A stretch of DNA of 64,000 nucleotides from Octopus sinensis (taxonomy: Eukaryota), in assembly GCF_006345805.1 (NCBI RefSeq), contig NC_043000.1, positions 50,158,001-50,222,000 of the forward strand, in the 5' to 3' direction. Each line of letters opens with the position of its first letter. Position 1 is the first letter of the stretch. The translations under genes and the position numbers were made by a program. Below are positions 52,713-64,000 of this stretch, piece after piece. The notes under the pieces are model-generated. The model had not been told where the DNA came from and ran no database searches. It was given only the letters and a program-made list of their open reading frames with translations.

Positions 52713-54539
52713 TGGTAACACAAGTTTCGTCACCCTCAACATTCAAATATCATCACCTGCTTCTCAGGTAACTTTAGTAGAGCTTACTCTATTGAAAATT
52801 AATTCAGGCCTAATCCTTGGTTTCAGAATAACATCCTTGCTTTTGTCAGTCATGGAGACTTCGGGAAAATAAAAAATCAGAAGTACTTTATTATCTTCCT
52901 GACTGAATGGTATCAAAGAAAAACAAAAAAAGTGAGGCATGAAATTTTAAACTGTGTTTTTCTTTTAGACAGTATTACTCCATCCATGCCATTCTCAAAT
53001 ATATTAAGACATAGGTGAAACAAAACTTTGCTTTTTAACTCCCTGGTGTCAATCAAATATTTATAGTCAAGTACTGAGGATTGGTGGGATCTATATTTAA
53101 CGGATTGATACTGATGTTTGTCAAGCTTCTTCAAATAATACAACAGTCCCGAATCCTGAATGAATCTTCTTACACTTTAAGAGTAAATGATGGTGTAAAC
53201 ACTAACACCCTTGGTACTTTTTCTGAGGAAGAGCAACTGCAGGTATTGTTTAGCTTTGATAATGACATAAAGCTTTACAAATTCCTTGATAATGATGGAA
53301 GAGTACCCAAATCCTATGATTAATGGGATATTTGTTACAGATGTTATCATGTCTGATGCAGGTAAATGAAAATTAAAAATGAAAGGAAAAAGTGAAAAAG
53401 GTCACCACTGGAAACTTAATCTGAGTTGTGAACCTGGTTCTCTAGGAACTTATTTCAAACAATCATAAATGGAGGCTGCTCTTGTCTAGGCAAAACAACA
53501 CCATTGCTTAGAAAAGGATAAAATTAGAAAGCATGACTGTGATGCTTTTTACAAAGTGAAGTAAATTAGCTACAACTTCAATCGTGGGCTCAGCTCACTA
53601 GAAAATTAGATATACACAATGTCAATGCAATAATGAAAACTAGCTGCTCCTGCAGAAATTCCATGGTTATTTTGAAAATTATAAAAAGGTCTTACAGTGA
53701 ACCATAAAATCACAATTTTATTTTCAGAGTTATTTCTTTAGAATTTTGTGGTGTCTTTGGAAAGTCATTATGACAATAATAATAACAACACATGCACAGG
53801 TCCCATCCACTTCTTTTTTATTAGACAGTTGTTTGAGTAATTGACCAACTAATTAATTGATCATTTGTCCAGCATATTGGTTAACCAGTCAATCAGTTTA
53901 TTTGTTCATCAAGTTTCTTTCATTGTCTGTTTAATTTTCAGTGATTAGACAGTTGGATTTAACCTTTTCAGACAGTTGGATTGATACTCAACCATTTGAC
54001 TAATAATAAAGAAGTGGAATTGAACCTGCGTGTGTGTGCTATTATTATAGGTGTAATGACACTCTCAAGGTCAACAAAATTTGTTTCAATGCATAAATTC
54101 ACATCAAGAATCTTGCAAATCAAATACAAAAACAGAATAATTCTTTAGAATTGTTTCCTTCTTGAGATAGTGTGAAGTCCACGTACATAGCACTTGAAGT
54201 ATAGTCTTGGGGAAAAAATATTTTTATAAAAATATTCTTTATTAGACACTTGTCACTTCTTCTGCCTTGGGAGTTGTTATCCATTATTTTATCTTTCCAT
54301 CAAGAAGTAAACAATCTTAACTATGGATTGAAATCAAAAATATAATCTAATCTATGTATAAAATTACTCTGCTACACCAAAACTATATTGATAAAGCTTG
54401 AACAAATCTTAATACATTGTACTATGGTATGTCCTTAGAAGAGAAGAGTTATTATGGGTGAATTTGAAACCACAGTTGCTGTAAACAAACCACAGAAGTT
54501 GCTCCTGTAAATACATACACATGCAAACACACACACACA

Positions 54540-54577
<38 letters not shown>

Positions 54578-54794
54578 ACATATGCATGCACGTACACACA
54601 TACTTTATTTAAAGTATTTACTCATCAGTTTTATGAATGATATGAATAATATAAATGTTGTATCTATAACAGGTTATGTTTTTGAATTTGTCCCATAGTT
54701 TATTAGTCAACTGTCTTATGAATAATATAAATGAGGTTTGTACAAAAGGTTATATCTTAAATTTCATTCCAAAGTTTAATAGTACTCACATAGA

Positions 54795-55308
54795 TTTTTG
54801 TAAATTATTATTACTACTATTCAGTAGTCTTATTCTTATCATGTGCTTTCACTTTATTACCAAGTTCTGTGTGTCTTGAGTATGTGCTGTGGTTTATTGT
54901 GGTGCTCTTATTTTCACTGTATTGAAAGTGCTTTACAAAGGATGTGTAGTGCCTAGTAGTGCTATTTCTCTGTATGTTATATACACTTGTAAGTCCCGGT
55001 GTTTTGCCATGTATTTGTTTGAATTTTTTTTTATCATACCTAATGTGTCTACTATTATAGGTATTTTGTCTGTTTTTAGGCTCCATATTTGAGTTACCTC
55101 TATTTTCAGATCATTGTATTTTGAAAGTTTCTCTATTTCTTTTCGAGAAATGCTGCCAGCTGTTGGTATTGATACATCGATTAGAAGGCACCTTTTTATC
55201 TTAGTGATCTCTGATAACTATATCTAGTGTGTTAGCCTTGATTTCTCTATCTGTGTGTATTGGCATATCCCAGAGTATGGTTGCTTTCACATTTTCTGTG
55301 ACCTTTAT
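54795..55308 (-). mobile_element. Degraded 3' fragment of R4/Dong-clade non-LTR retrotransposon
   Basis: KVTENVKATILWDMPIHTDREIKANTLDIV. Homologous to the 55932 copy, with stops and frameshifts. Confidence 0.85.
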
Positions 55309-55328
55309 CATTATTATTATTATTATTG

Positions 55329-55882
55329 AGTAAGAGAGAAGTACATGCAATCAAAATAACACTGGGGTACAAATATACAAACCCCAGTATACCTATCATG
55401 AGCACCAGTCTGATAAGGGTACACATGGCACATGCATCACAACCATATGTGCACGACATGGTGACTTCATATCAAGATAAACAGTGCATGACCTTGCAGG
55501 TGGATACCAGTTAGAATTTTCTTCAGGTTGAGTAGCCCATCCTACACAAAAGGTCTCTGAATAAGGTTTGTTTAAGGATGATGAACAAAACACCCATGCT
55601 TCCAGAGGTGATTTATTCAAACCACAAAGAGTTCCTCTCAACACATAGATATGATGCTCCCCCACTACTTCTACTCATGCTCAGAGATGCACATATCATC
55701 AGCCACTAAGGGATATGCTCAACTGGGGAGGGTCAAGCAATTGACAAGCAAATCTGTGGTATTGACCAGAATATTTGCTGTAGCCCATCTTTTATACCAA
55801 GACAAAACAATGTACATGATAACACTTACAATCAGTTAAGATCAGAAGCCATGAGAGCCACTGCTTATAACTGCATCAAGGC

Positions 55883-55886
<4 letters not shown>
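55329..55886 (-). mobile_element. ~560-bp non-coding element bounded by (TAA)n on both sides (element E)
   Basis: Complex sequence between the TAA tracts at 55310-55328 and 55887-55931. No convincing ORF or tRNA head. Orientation is inferred. Confidence 0.55.
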
Positions 55887-55931
<45 letters not shown>

Positions 55932-56579
55932 TATTAGTTTTATTTTTATAGCGTCCTTTCACTTCACTATCGAGCGCAGCTCTGTGTGCCTTAGGTATGT
56001 GCTGTGATTTGTTGTGATGCTCTGATGGTTATTGTATGGAAAGTGTTCTGCGTAGGATGTGTGCAATTTTCTGTGTTATATGTGTTTGTAAGTCCTGGTG
56101 TTTTTGTTATGTATTTGTCTGAATATTTTTTTATCATGCCTAATGCACCTACTATGATAGGAATTGTTTCTGTTTTTAGATTCCACATTCTGGTTACCTC
56201 TATTTCCAGGTCTTTGTATTTTGAAAGTTTCTCCATTTCTTTCAGAGACACGTTGTCATCTGCCGGTATTGATATATGAATTAGAAAGCATTTTTTTTCT
56301 TCATGATCTCTGACTACTATATCTAGTCTGTTGGCCTTAATTTCTCTATCTGTGTGTATCGGCATATCCCAGAGTATTGTTGCTTTCTCGTTTTCTGTGA
56401 CTTTTTCTGGTGTATGCCTATACCATCTTTTTTCTGTTGTTATTCCATAATGTTGGGATAGCTTCCAGTGTATGTAGGTTCCAACTCTGTCATGTCTGTG
56501 AATATATTCCTTCTTAGCCAGGACTGGGCAGCCAGAGATAATATAATTTATTGTTTCTTGTCCATCTCCACATATTCTG

Positions 56580-56581
<2 letters not shown>
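55932..56581 (-). mobile_element. 5'-truncated R4/Dong-clade non-LTR retrotransposon (zinc knuckle plus restriction-like endonuclease)
   Basis: CRICGDGQETINYIISGC...RHDRV...ILWDMPIHTDREIKANRLDIVVRD...KEMEKLSKYKDLEIEVTRMW...PIIVGALG. (TAA)n on both sides. Confidence 0.92.
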
Positions 56582-56634
<53 letters not shown>

Positions 56635-57577
56635 TTTGTTGTTGTTGTTATTATTTTTATCATCATCATCATCATCATAGATATGATCAGTAACAGCATA
56701 GTTGATAAATTCTTCCAAAAACTGAGTGTCCTACCTAGATTCCATTCATGGAATAGATATATTTCACTTGGTTCACTAAATGTCTTTGAATAAAGTATAA
56801 ATACCACAGTATCTAAACTGCTTCTCCTAGTTTCAAGAAGGCTGGCATTTTGATCATGAACGTCTATTTTAAATTAACTTTATTCATTAGACTTAGCACA
56901 TAGGATAATTATCTTTTAAATATTTTTTTTTTTATTTTAAAAATAAGGAGAGAAATGATAGCCATCAGACAAAAGAGCTTCAGTCATTTTGTTGCATCTT
57001 TCTATGTTCCAAGTTCAAATCTCACTGAGTATCAGCCTTGCTTTTCATATCTCCTGTGTCCATAAAAATGGACACCAGTCAAATGATTTAATCAATATAA
57101 TCGATTAATTGACTACACACCCTTCCCTTTAAAGATTTTGTTTAACTTGTGCTTGTGCTTGAAACTATTATAAATCTGTTTTCTAATGTTTCTCTTTTAA
57201 TGGACAAAGACATCAGATATAAAAATACATCTCATGCCAGACCACTTTTAAATAGAGTTCTCAATTATCTTATCTTACGCATCATCCAATATTTGAATAA
57301 ATCATGTACTAGGAAGTTGTTTTATGCAAGATTTAATACAGTAATATCTTTAAAAATATCCTGATGGTAATCAGTATTGTAGACGCTCATACTACATGTT
57401 AAAGATTAACCTCAATAAAATAATATTTTATAATTTTATTTTATATGAGTTCAGTCTCATTCTCTCCTTCCACCTCTTATTCTTTCACTACAAACGACAC
57501 GCACACACACACACACATATACACACTCTAACACACACACATATATACACACACAAATGCACACACTCAGATATATG

Positions 57578-57611
<34 letters not shown>

Positions 57612-57659
57612 TACATATATATATATACCTACATACACACACACACACACAAACACACG

Positions 57660-57750
<91 letters not shown>

Positions 57751-58327
57751 TGTATGGGTGTGATGTATATGAGGTGTTGATGTACTGAATAACTATCTAG
57801 AAAATTCTCACTGAACTAATAATTATTGCCAGCAATAATTACTACTGATTCTCAAAGAAAAGAAGAGGAAATTTCAAAGAAATAAGAATTACTATCACAG
57901 AGATATCTACTAATTTTCATGCTTAGGGAAAATGCATTTGCATTTACAAAAGGAGAACTTCATACATTATATAGAGCATGAATGTATTATTTTATTTTTG
58001 AAACTTCATATATATATATATATATATATATATAGGTGTGCATGAGTGAATGTAGATGTGAGTGTGTGTGTGTGTGTGTTGAGTGTATGATGTACTTATT
58101 GAGTCTGGTGCTGCCCCTCAGCTTACCAGCCCTGGTCAAATTATCCAACCCATGCCAGCATGGACAATGGATGTTAAATGATGATCATGATGATATATAT
58201 ATATATATATATATACATATAGATATAGATAGATAGATAGATAGATTTAGATAAATTAGGTATGTGAGTTAAGGCACCAGAATTTAGTACAGTATTATCC
58301 ATACAATTTCAAAATGAGGTGATTAAA

Positions 58328-58578
58328 ATCAAAATAAGCAACAAGGATATCCAGAGGTAATGCAGTACGATCATTTCAAGCATCTCCATTTAATTGAACA
58401 ATGCAATCATTACATCAATTACATCCTCAGCTGCATAAAGACATAGAATTCTATGTCTTTATGCAGCTGAGGATTGCTCTGCATTTAAGTTGATGTAATG
58501 ATTGCATTGTTCAATTAAATGGAGTTGCTTGAAACGATCGTACTGCATGACCTCTGTATATCCTTGTTGCTTATTTTG

Positions 58579-58580
<2 letters not shown>
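58328..58580. repeat. 253-bp near-perfect palindrome with perfect 52-bp core (58423-58474) and no loop
   Basis: ATCCTCAGCTGCATAAAGACATAGAA|TTCTATGTCTTTATGCAGCTGAGGAT. The arms continue to ATCAAAATAAGCAACAAGG / CCTTGTTGCTTATTTTGAT. Confidence 0.95.
58461..58548 (+). ncRNA. Type I hammerhead ribozyme motif with palindromic helix III
   Basis: ATGCAG-CTGAGGA-[long helix II including CATTTAA/TTAAATG]-GAAAC-GATC-GTA-CTGCAT. Helix I is 6 bp perfect and helix III is ACGATCGT. Predicted cleavage after A58542. The base of helix II is poorly paired (U-U). Confidence 0.7.
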
Positions 58581-58610
<30 letters not shown>

Positions 58611-58618
58611 GTAATATT

Positions 58619-58739
58619 ATATGTGACAATTGTTCAATAGCCAAGATAAAACTCTGAGTTTCGGATGCCAAGGTGGAAATCTACAACACCATCTCTTCGG
58701 TTAGAGTTTTATCTTGGCTATTGAATAATTGTCACATAT
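58619..58739. repeat. 37-bp inverted repeat (1 mismatch) around a 47-bp spacer that reads as an HHR-like core on the minus strand
   Basis: Arms 58619-58655 and 58703-58739. Minus strand TAA-CCGAAGA-GATG...CATC-C-GAAAC-TCAGA-GTT-TTA. Confidence 0.75.
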
Positions 58740-58814
58740 TATTTTACAGATAAATTTCCTCTATTTACATAATATTGAGGTCTCTTTCTTTCTTTTGTTA
58801 TCTTACCGTTTTTA

Positions 58815-58866
<52 letters not shown>

Positions 58867-59612
58867 AAACAGGACAACAAATGCTAAGGCTAGACAAACA
58901 TCTCAAGTCATATATGTTATTATTATTAAAAAGTCTACAGAAACAGCTGTAAGACTAAGTTTTTTTAATTATAAGAATGTATATGTCTTGAGGTGTTTGT
59001 CTTGCTTTAGTGTTTGTTGTCCACTTTAACAAATATATATCTGCTACATCAGAAATTTACAATGTTTCCATAACTCCAATCTCGGGTATGAGCTTGGAGC
59101 CCTGGTAATCTGTTACAGCACTTATGCAGCATGCTTAATTGTTTAGATCACCTGCGAACTAAACCGCAATAATTTGTATATATATATATATATATATATA
59201 AGAGAAAAAAATCTATCAGAAAGGAACTCTATCTCTCTTTAAAAAATATATCTTTTGATAAGCATAACAAATGCGCAACCGGTAAAAAGAACTTTCACCT
59301 AATTAAATACACTCTCCCTTACTTAAATTATTTTGTCAGCATTTTCTTCATTTCCTTTATATATATATATATATATATACATCTGTTATGTATGTATGAA
59401 TTAAAAGCAATACCATAAAGCCCAGTCTTTGTTTTAATATGAATATACTCTGCAATTTATATACTTGATGAGGAATTTCAAATTGTGTTAATGGTTTTCT
59501 CCTTAAAAAGAAAAACATCTGCATGCATACAATTGAGATAGTCAGAACACAGTTGTTCTTCACGAGGACAAAGCTTGGATTGTAATCCCTTTTATATACT
59601 GTATATCACACA

Positions 59613-59669
<57 letters not shown>

Positions 59670-60029
59670 TAATTGAAGTGTACAGTTTTATATAGCCCTT
59701 ATGGCTGACCTTATCAATTGGTTTCATGCTAGGGGTTCAGCAGAGTGATAGATAACAGGGTTACAAGTGTAGTGGACGCTTGTTATGTGTCACTGGCATG
59801 AGTGGCTTATTTGCATATCACCAACACAGGTGCCCTTTACATGTTACTAGCACAGATACCTGTTATGTGTCACCAGCACCAGCCATGACTACTAAATGAT
59901 TTGATTTTTCTGAAGTATAGCAAATCTTAATGTATACATATAAATGAATGAACGAATGAATGAATGAACGAATGTATGTATGTATGTATGTATGTATGTA
60001 TGTATGTATGTATGTATGTATTCTTTCAT

Positions 60030-60434
60030 TCTTTATTCTTTTAATTGTTTCAGTCATTTGACTGCAGCCATGCTGGAGCACTACCTTTAACTTAACAAAT
60101 CGACCCCAGGACTTATTCTTTGTAAGCCTAGTACTTATTCTACTGGTCCCTTATGCCAAACTGCTAAGTTACAGGGATATAAACACACCAACATCGGTTG
60201 TCAAGCGATGGTGGTGGGAACAAACACACACACACACACATGCATATATATATATACACACACATATACAATGGGCTTCTTACATTTTCCACCTACCAAA
60301 TCCACTCACGGGGCTTTGGTCAGCCGAAGGCTATAGTAGAAGACATTTTGCCCAAAGTGCTATGCAGTGGGACTGAACCTTGAACTATGTGGTTGAGAAG
60401 CAAGCTTTTTACCACACAGCCACTCCTGCACCTA
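60030..60434 (-). mobile_element. SINE family A
   Basis: Full head-to-tail match. Confidence 0.85.
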
Positions 60435-60925
60435 TGTATGCATTATGTATATATGTATGTATTATGTATGCATATGTGTTGGGTTTGTGGTGGTGGTGGT
60501 GGTGGTGGTGGTGGTGTCTGTTGTTTTAGTTGTGGTGTTGGTGATGGAGGTGAATATGACAGCAGGAGTATCATCGGTGGTGGCACTGGTCATGTTGCGC
60601 TTGTTAACTGTATTGTTGTTGATGTTTAGTCTCAAAACAATACTCATTGACCCAAGGTCAAAGACATTTCATTCAACATTTAAAATACACTAGAGTACCA
60701 CATTATCTCATGTGATAGTTTTTTTTTTATTTATTTATTATAGAGACCGGAGTTGCTTATCTTGTTCATACTATTGTTACCATTGTTGATGATCATTAAG
60801 GAATTGGTCGGTTGATAATGGTGTTTGATTGTATTAGGTTTAGTGTTGATAATGGCCGTATTAAAGTTGATGACAGTGGTGGTGATGGTGGTAGTGGTGA
60901 AGGCTACTTTATATACATATATATA

Positions 60926-60987
<62 letters not shown>

Positions 60988-61053
60988 GTATCTATGCATA
61001 TATATATGTATATAAATAGACACTTAAATAGGTGCTCATTGTGAACCAAGGAA

Positions 61054-61095
<42 letters not shown>

Positions 61096-62929
61096 TCACT
61101 GTGAAATATTCTGTATCACATTCCAGAAGTGTTTATAGTGATGCATAAACACTAACATAATCACACATATACAAATATACACATATATAATATATATGTA
61201 TGTGCATATGTATATGTGTCTGTCTGTGTGTATGTATGTATGTATGTATGTATGTATGTATGATGATTGTAGTTCTTCAAATTGATAACTAATTTGATGT
61301 AAGATAAAACGTAGAGAAGCACCCTTTTGGCTAAGAAGAAAGTGTAGATTTAAATTCTTAAAATTTATCTGAGTTTCCGTAAGAGAGAAATTACAGATCA
61401 TAGCTTGAAATTGGTAGTCATACTTTACAATTACCATAAGCATGATATCCTGTAACCTGAAGTAGCCATAATGTAGGAGATGCTTGTATTCTATTTCATT
61501 TGCTAAACTCGATGTTAAGAAATATTTTCGTTATATTTATGAAATTTTTATTACTATCACACACATAATGCACACATGCATAAATTCTAGTTATATCTTG
61601 TAAAAGACACAACACTATATCTTGGATAACATAGTTCTTGATACACTATGCCTGAATAAAAGTTGGCATGGTCAGTCTAAGAATACTTCCTGCCATAGTT
61701 TTTCCCAAACAAAGTCGATCTAGTCTAAAGCATCAAACAACAATGAAAAAACTCTTGAGGTTGTTGTTTAGCCCAACTTTAACATTGATCAATAAATCTA
61801 TGATCACAGATGTTCCATCTATGACTACCCAACTATACTCTATCCTGGACTACATCATTTTATGTCTCCACAAGTTTTGTAGATGGTAGGGTATTATTTG
61901 AAGGTGACCTTGCAGCTGTTTTCTTGTTATTTCTAACTAGTTGAATGACCTCAGGTGGCACCTAAGCAAAATTATATGCTTTGTTAGTATAGAACTTTTC
62001 TCTCAAACTATTCTGTCGTTATCTTACCATGTGTTGGCATAGTTTATATTATCTAAGTACAGGATTTTAATGTTAAGTTTTTTTTTTCTCATCACAGTAT
62101 TTCCTTTTTTTACCTTACGTTAATGATCTCATCTTTTAACATTTTTTCACTTGCTGTGGCAAACAAAAAACAGTATGGAATTCCTATATATATGTATGTA
62201 AAATTGCAGGGTTTCATCTTTTAGAAAGAAAAAATATTTTGGACTTTAACAAATGCTAGCGCACTATATGCCATCAATTTTATTCTAAAAAACAATATAG
62301 TTCTTTGTTTTGAAAATTGTACTCAACAGCAATATTTAAGCAAAATGTTTCACTGATAGGCAAATGATTATCTAAATAATAATGCAGGAAGAACTGCAAG
62401 AATTTGCAAAATATATATTCTAAGCAATAGAGACAGTACCAGAGTAGAATAGGCAAACTTTTTGATTTTGCATTTTTTTTTCTTAAGTCTCTGTAATAAT
62501 ATCTGTAAAGTTATCTAAATCAAGTATAAAAACTCTCAATTCTGAAAAGCATACTTCAGCAAAAAATCTCGTAACTGAAATTCCAGTTTACATTGCATTT
62601 TTTACACAGGCTTCTAATTTCATAGTTGCAAATGAATTTTAAAATTGACTTTCTTGTATATGTAGTTTGCTTTACTTTGCTGGCATAAATCATATGAGAA
62701 TAATGTAAATACATCTGGAAACTTGAGACAAAGCACTAAAATGCTTTTAGAAAAGATGAAATAGAATATTTGATTGGTAATTTAACCCTTAGTTATCTGA
62801 GTACAACAGACACAATCAAAAGTTAGCTCAATGAGTTGCTCAATATCCACATTATGCTGGATGAGGAACTTGAAATCCTCAAGTTGTCATCATGGTCAGT
62901 AGTATTATATTCATCATATCTCACAGAAA

Positions 62930-63280
62930 TAAGTTGAAGGAACATGAATTACAGAGCATCTGAATCGCCTGAATGCATATCCAGCTTATGTTATACTGAA
63001 AAACTGTTTCACAAAACTCAAATTTATATACTTCTTCCTCCCCACACACCTGCAGTATACCATGAAACTAATCACATCAAAGCAATCTATTGATTGATAA
63101 TGCCTACATTAGCAGATATATCCAATGTTAGTTTCAACAACAACAGTTGATGACAGCGACTCTATCACTAAAATCATAAGCTTAGGAAATAAAGAGTTAA
63201 TCTGATTTTGCATTGCCAGCACATATCTCCTCACTGCAGACCACAGTAACATTGACTGAGAGGATCACTGCTACAGGATC
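62930..63280 (+). mobile_element. Possible very old Penelope-like RT C-terminus / GIY-YIG remnant
   Basis: KEHELQSI*...LNAYPAYVILK across a frameshift resembles the PLE EL..I...L..NGYP motif. Weaker LLP..Y and FC...TY motifs follow. Confidence 0.25.
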
Positions 63281-64000
63281 CTCCTCACCTGCCTGTTTTA
63301 TATTACCTGTTTTGGAGGTATGGCTGTTTTTATTTTGTTGTTGAAACTATATAGTCACTGAAAAGAAATAATTAAATTAGAATGTGACAGCTGCTGAGAG
63401 ACATGTAGAGTGTGTAACAGGAGACCAAACCAGATCAACAAGATCTGACATAATTGGCAAATGCACGTGAGCCATGAATTTGTTAGCTTTTGAAATAATA
63501 TCTTCGCATGACAGAGATATCAGAAGATACTTAGCAAATTTCTTGTGAAAGATGGAGAAAGCTGGAAATAATGAACTAGGAAAAAATAATAGCTTGTAAT
63601 TTTGACCCCAAACCACAAATTTTGAGAAGGGTTTGCCTTCTGGTGCCTTAAGTTAATACTATGCATGACAAGTGCCTTCCAAACTGGCTTCGCAGTTCAT
63701 TGTGTACCAAATGTTAAAATACAGTTGATAGGCTAATCTGAAGGGGTAATATGACTGTCTTGTCACTTCAATGCCAGGAATTGTGCCTGACATGATAAAA
63801 AAACATGGATAATGAAACAATCCTTGACATCTACTGCAATACTGGCAATCTTGGAGTTGGCCAGACTGGACTGCAACAGAAAAAAAAAACACTCAGGATG
63901 ACTTGTTTTGTATATGGCTCTTAGCTGTGGCTCCACTATCACTCACACATCCCTAAGAGCAACATCTCAGTGGTTGTGATCCACCCATTGATGTGATAAG

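Noticed and set aside
55820-55886. HDV-like ribozyme at the 5' end of element E
   Set aside because: An L3-like TCTCAT is present but I could not build P1/P2 by eye. Left as a computational check.

Overview
AT-rich, repeat-saturated eukaryotic DNA, probably intronic or intergenic. The mix of tRNA-derived SINEs, RTE, Dong/R4, maT and dense (TA)n/(TATC)n/(TAA)n microsatellites looks like a coleoid cephalopod, most likely Octopus. This is my recognition of the repeat families, not a database result. I cannot identify any host protein-coding gene with confidence. Nearly all ORFs in the supplied track are microsatellite or SINE artefacts. The ORFs with real protein character are retrotransposon or transposase fragments: RTE x2, Dong/R4 x2 and a DD37D maT. 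A few low-confidence candidate exons are listed. The most interesting signal is a set of type I hammerhead-ribozyme (HHR) motifs with minimal, mostly palindromic helix III. They occur in at least four different small (TA)n-associated elements that resemble Penelope-like element (PLE) terminal repeats. The best motif (58461-58548) lies inside a 253-bp near-perfect palindrome. The window also holds many fold-back structures, including a ~1.05-kb segmental inverted duplication, and a pile-up of TAA-targeting retroelements. All folds and alignments were done by eye. Element boundaries are approximate unless a TSD or TIR is quoted.
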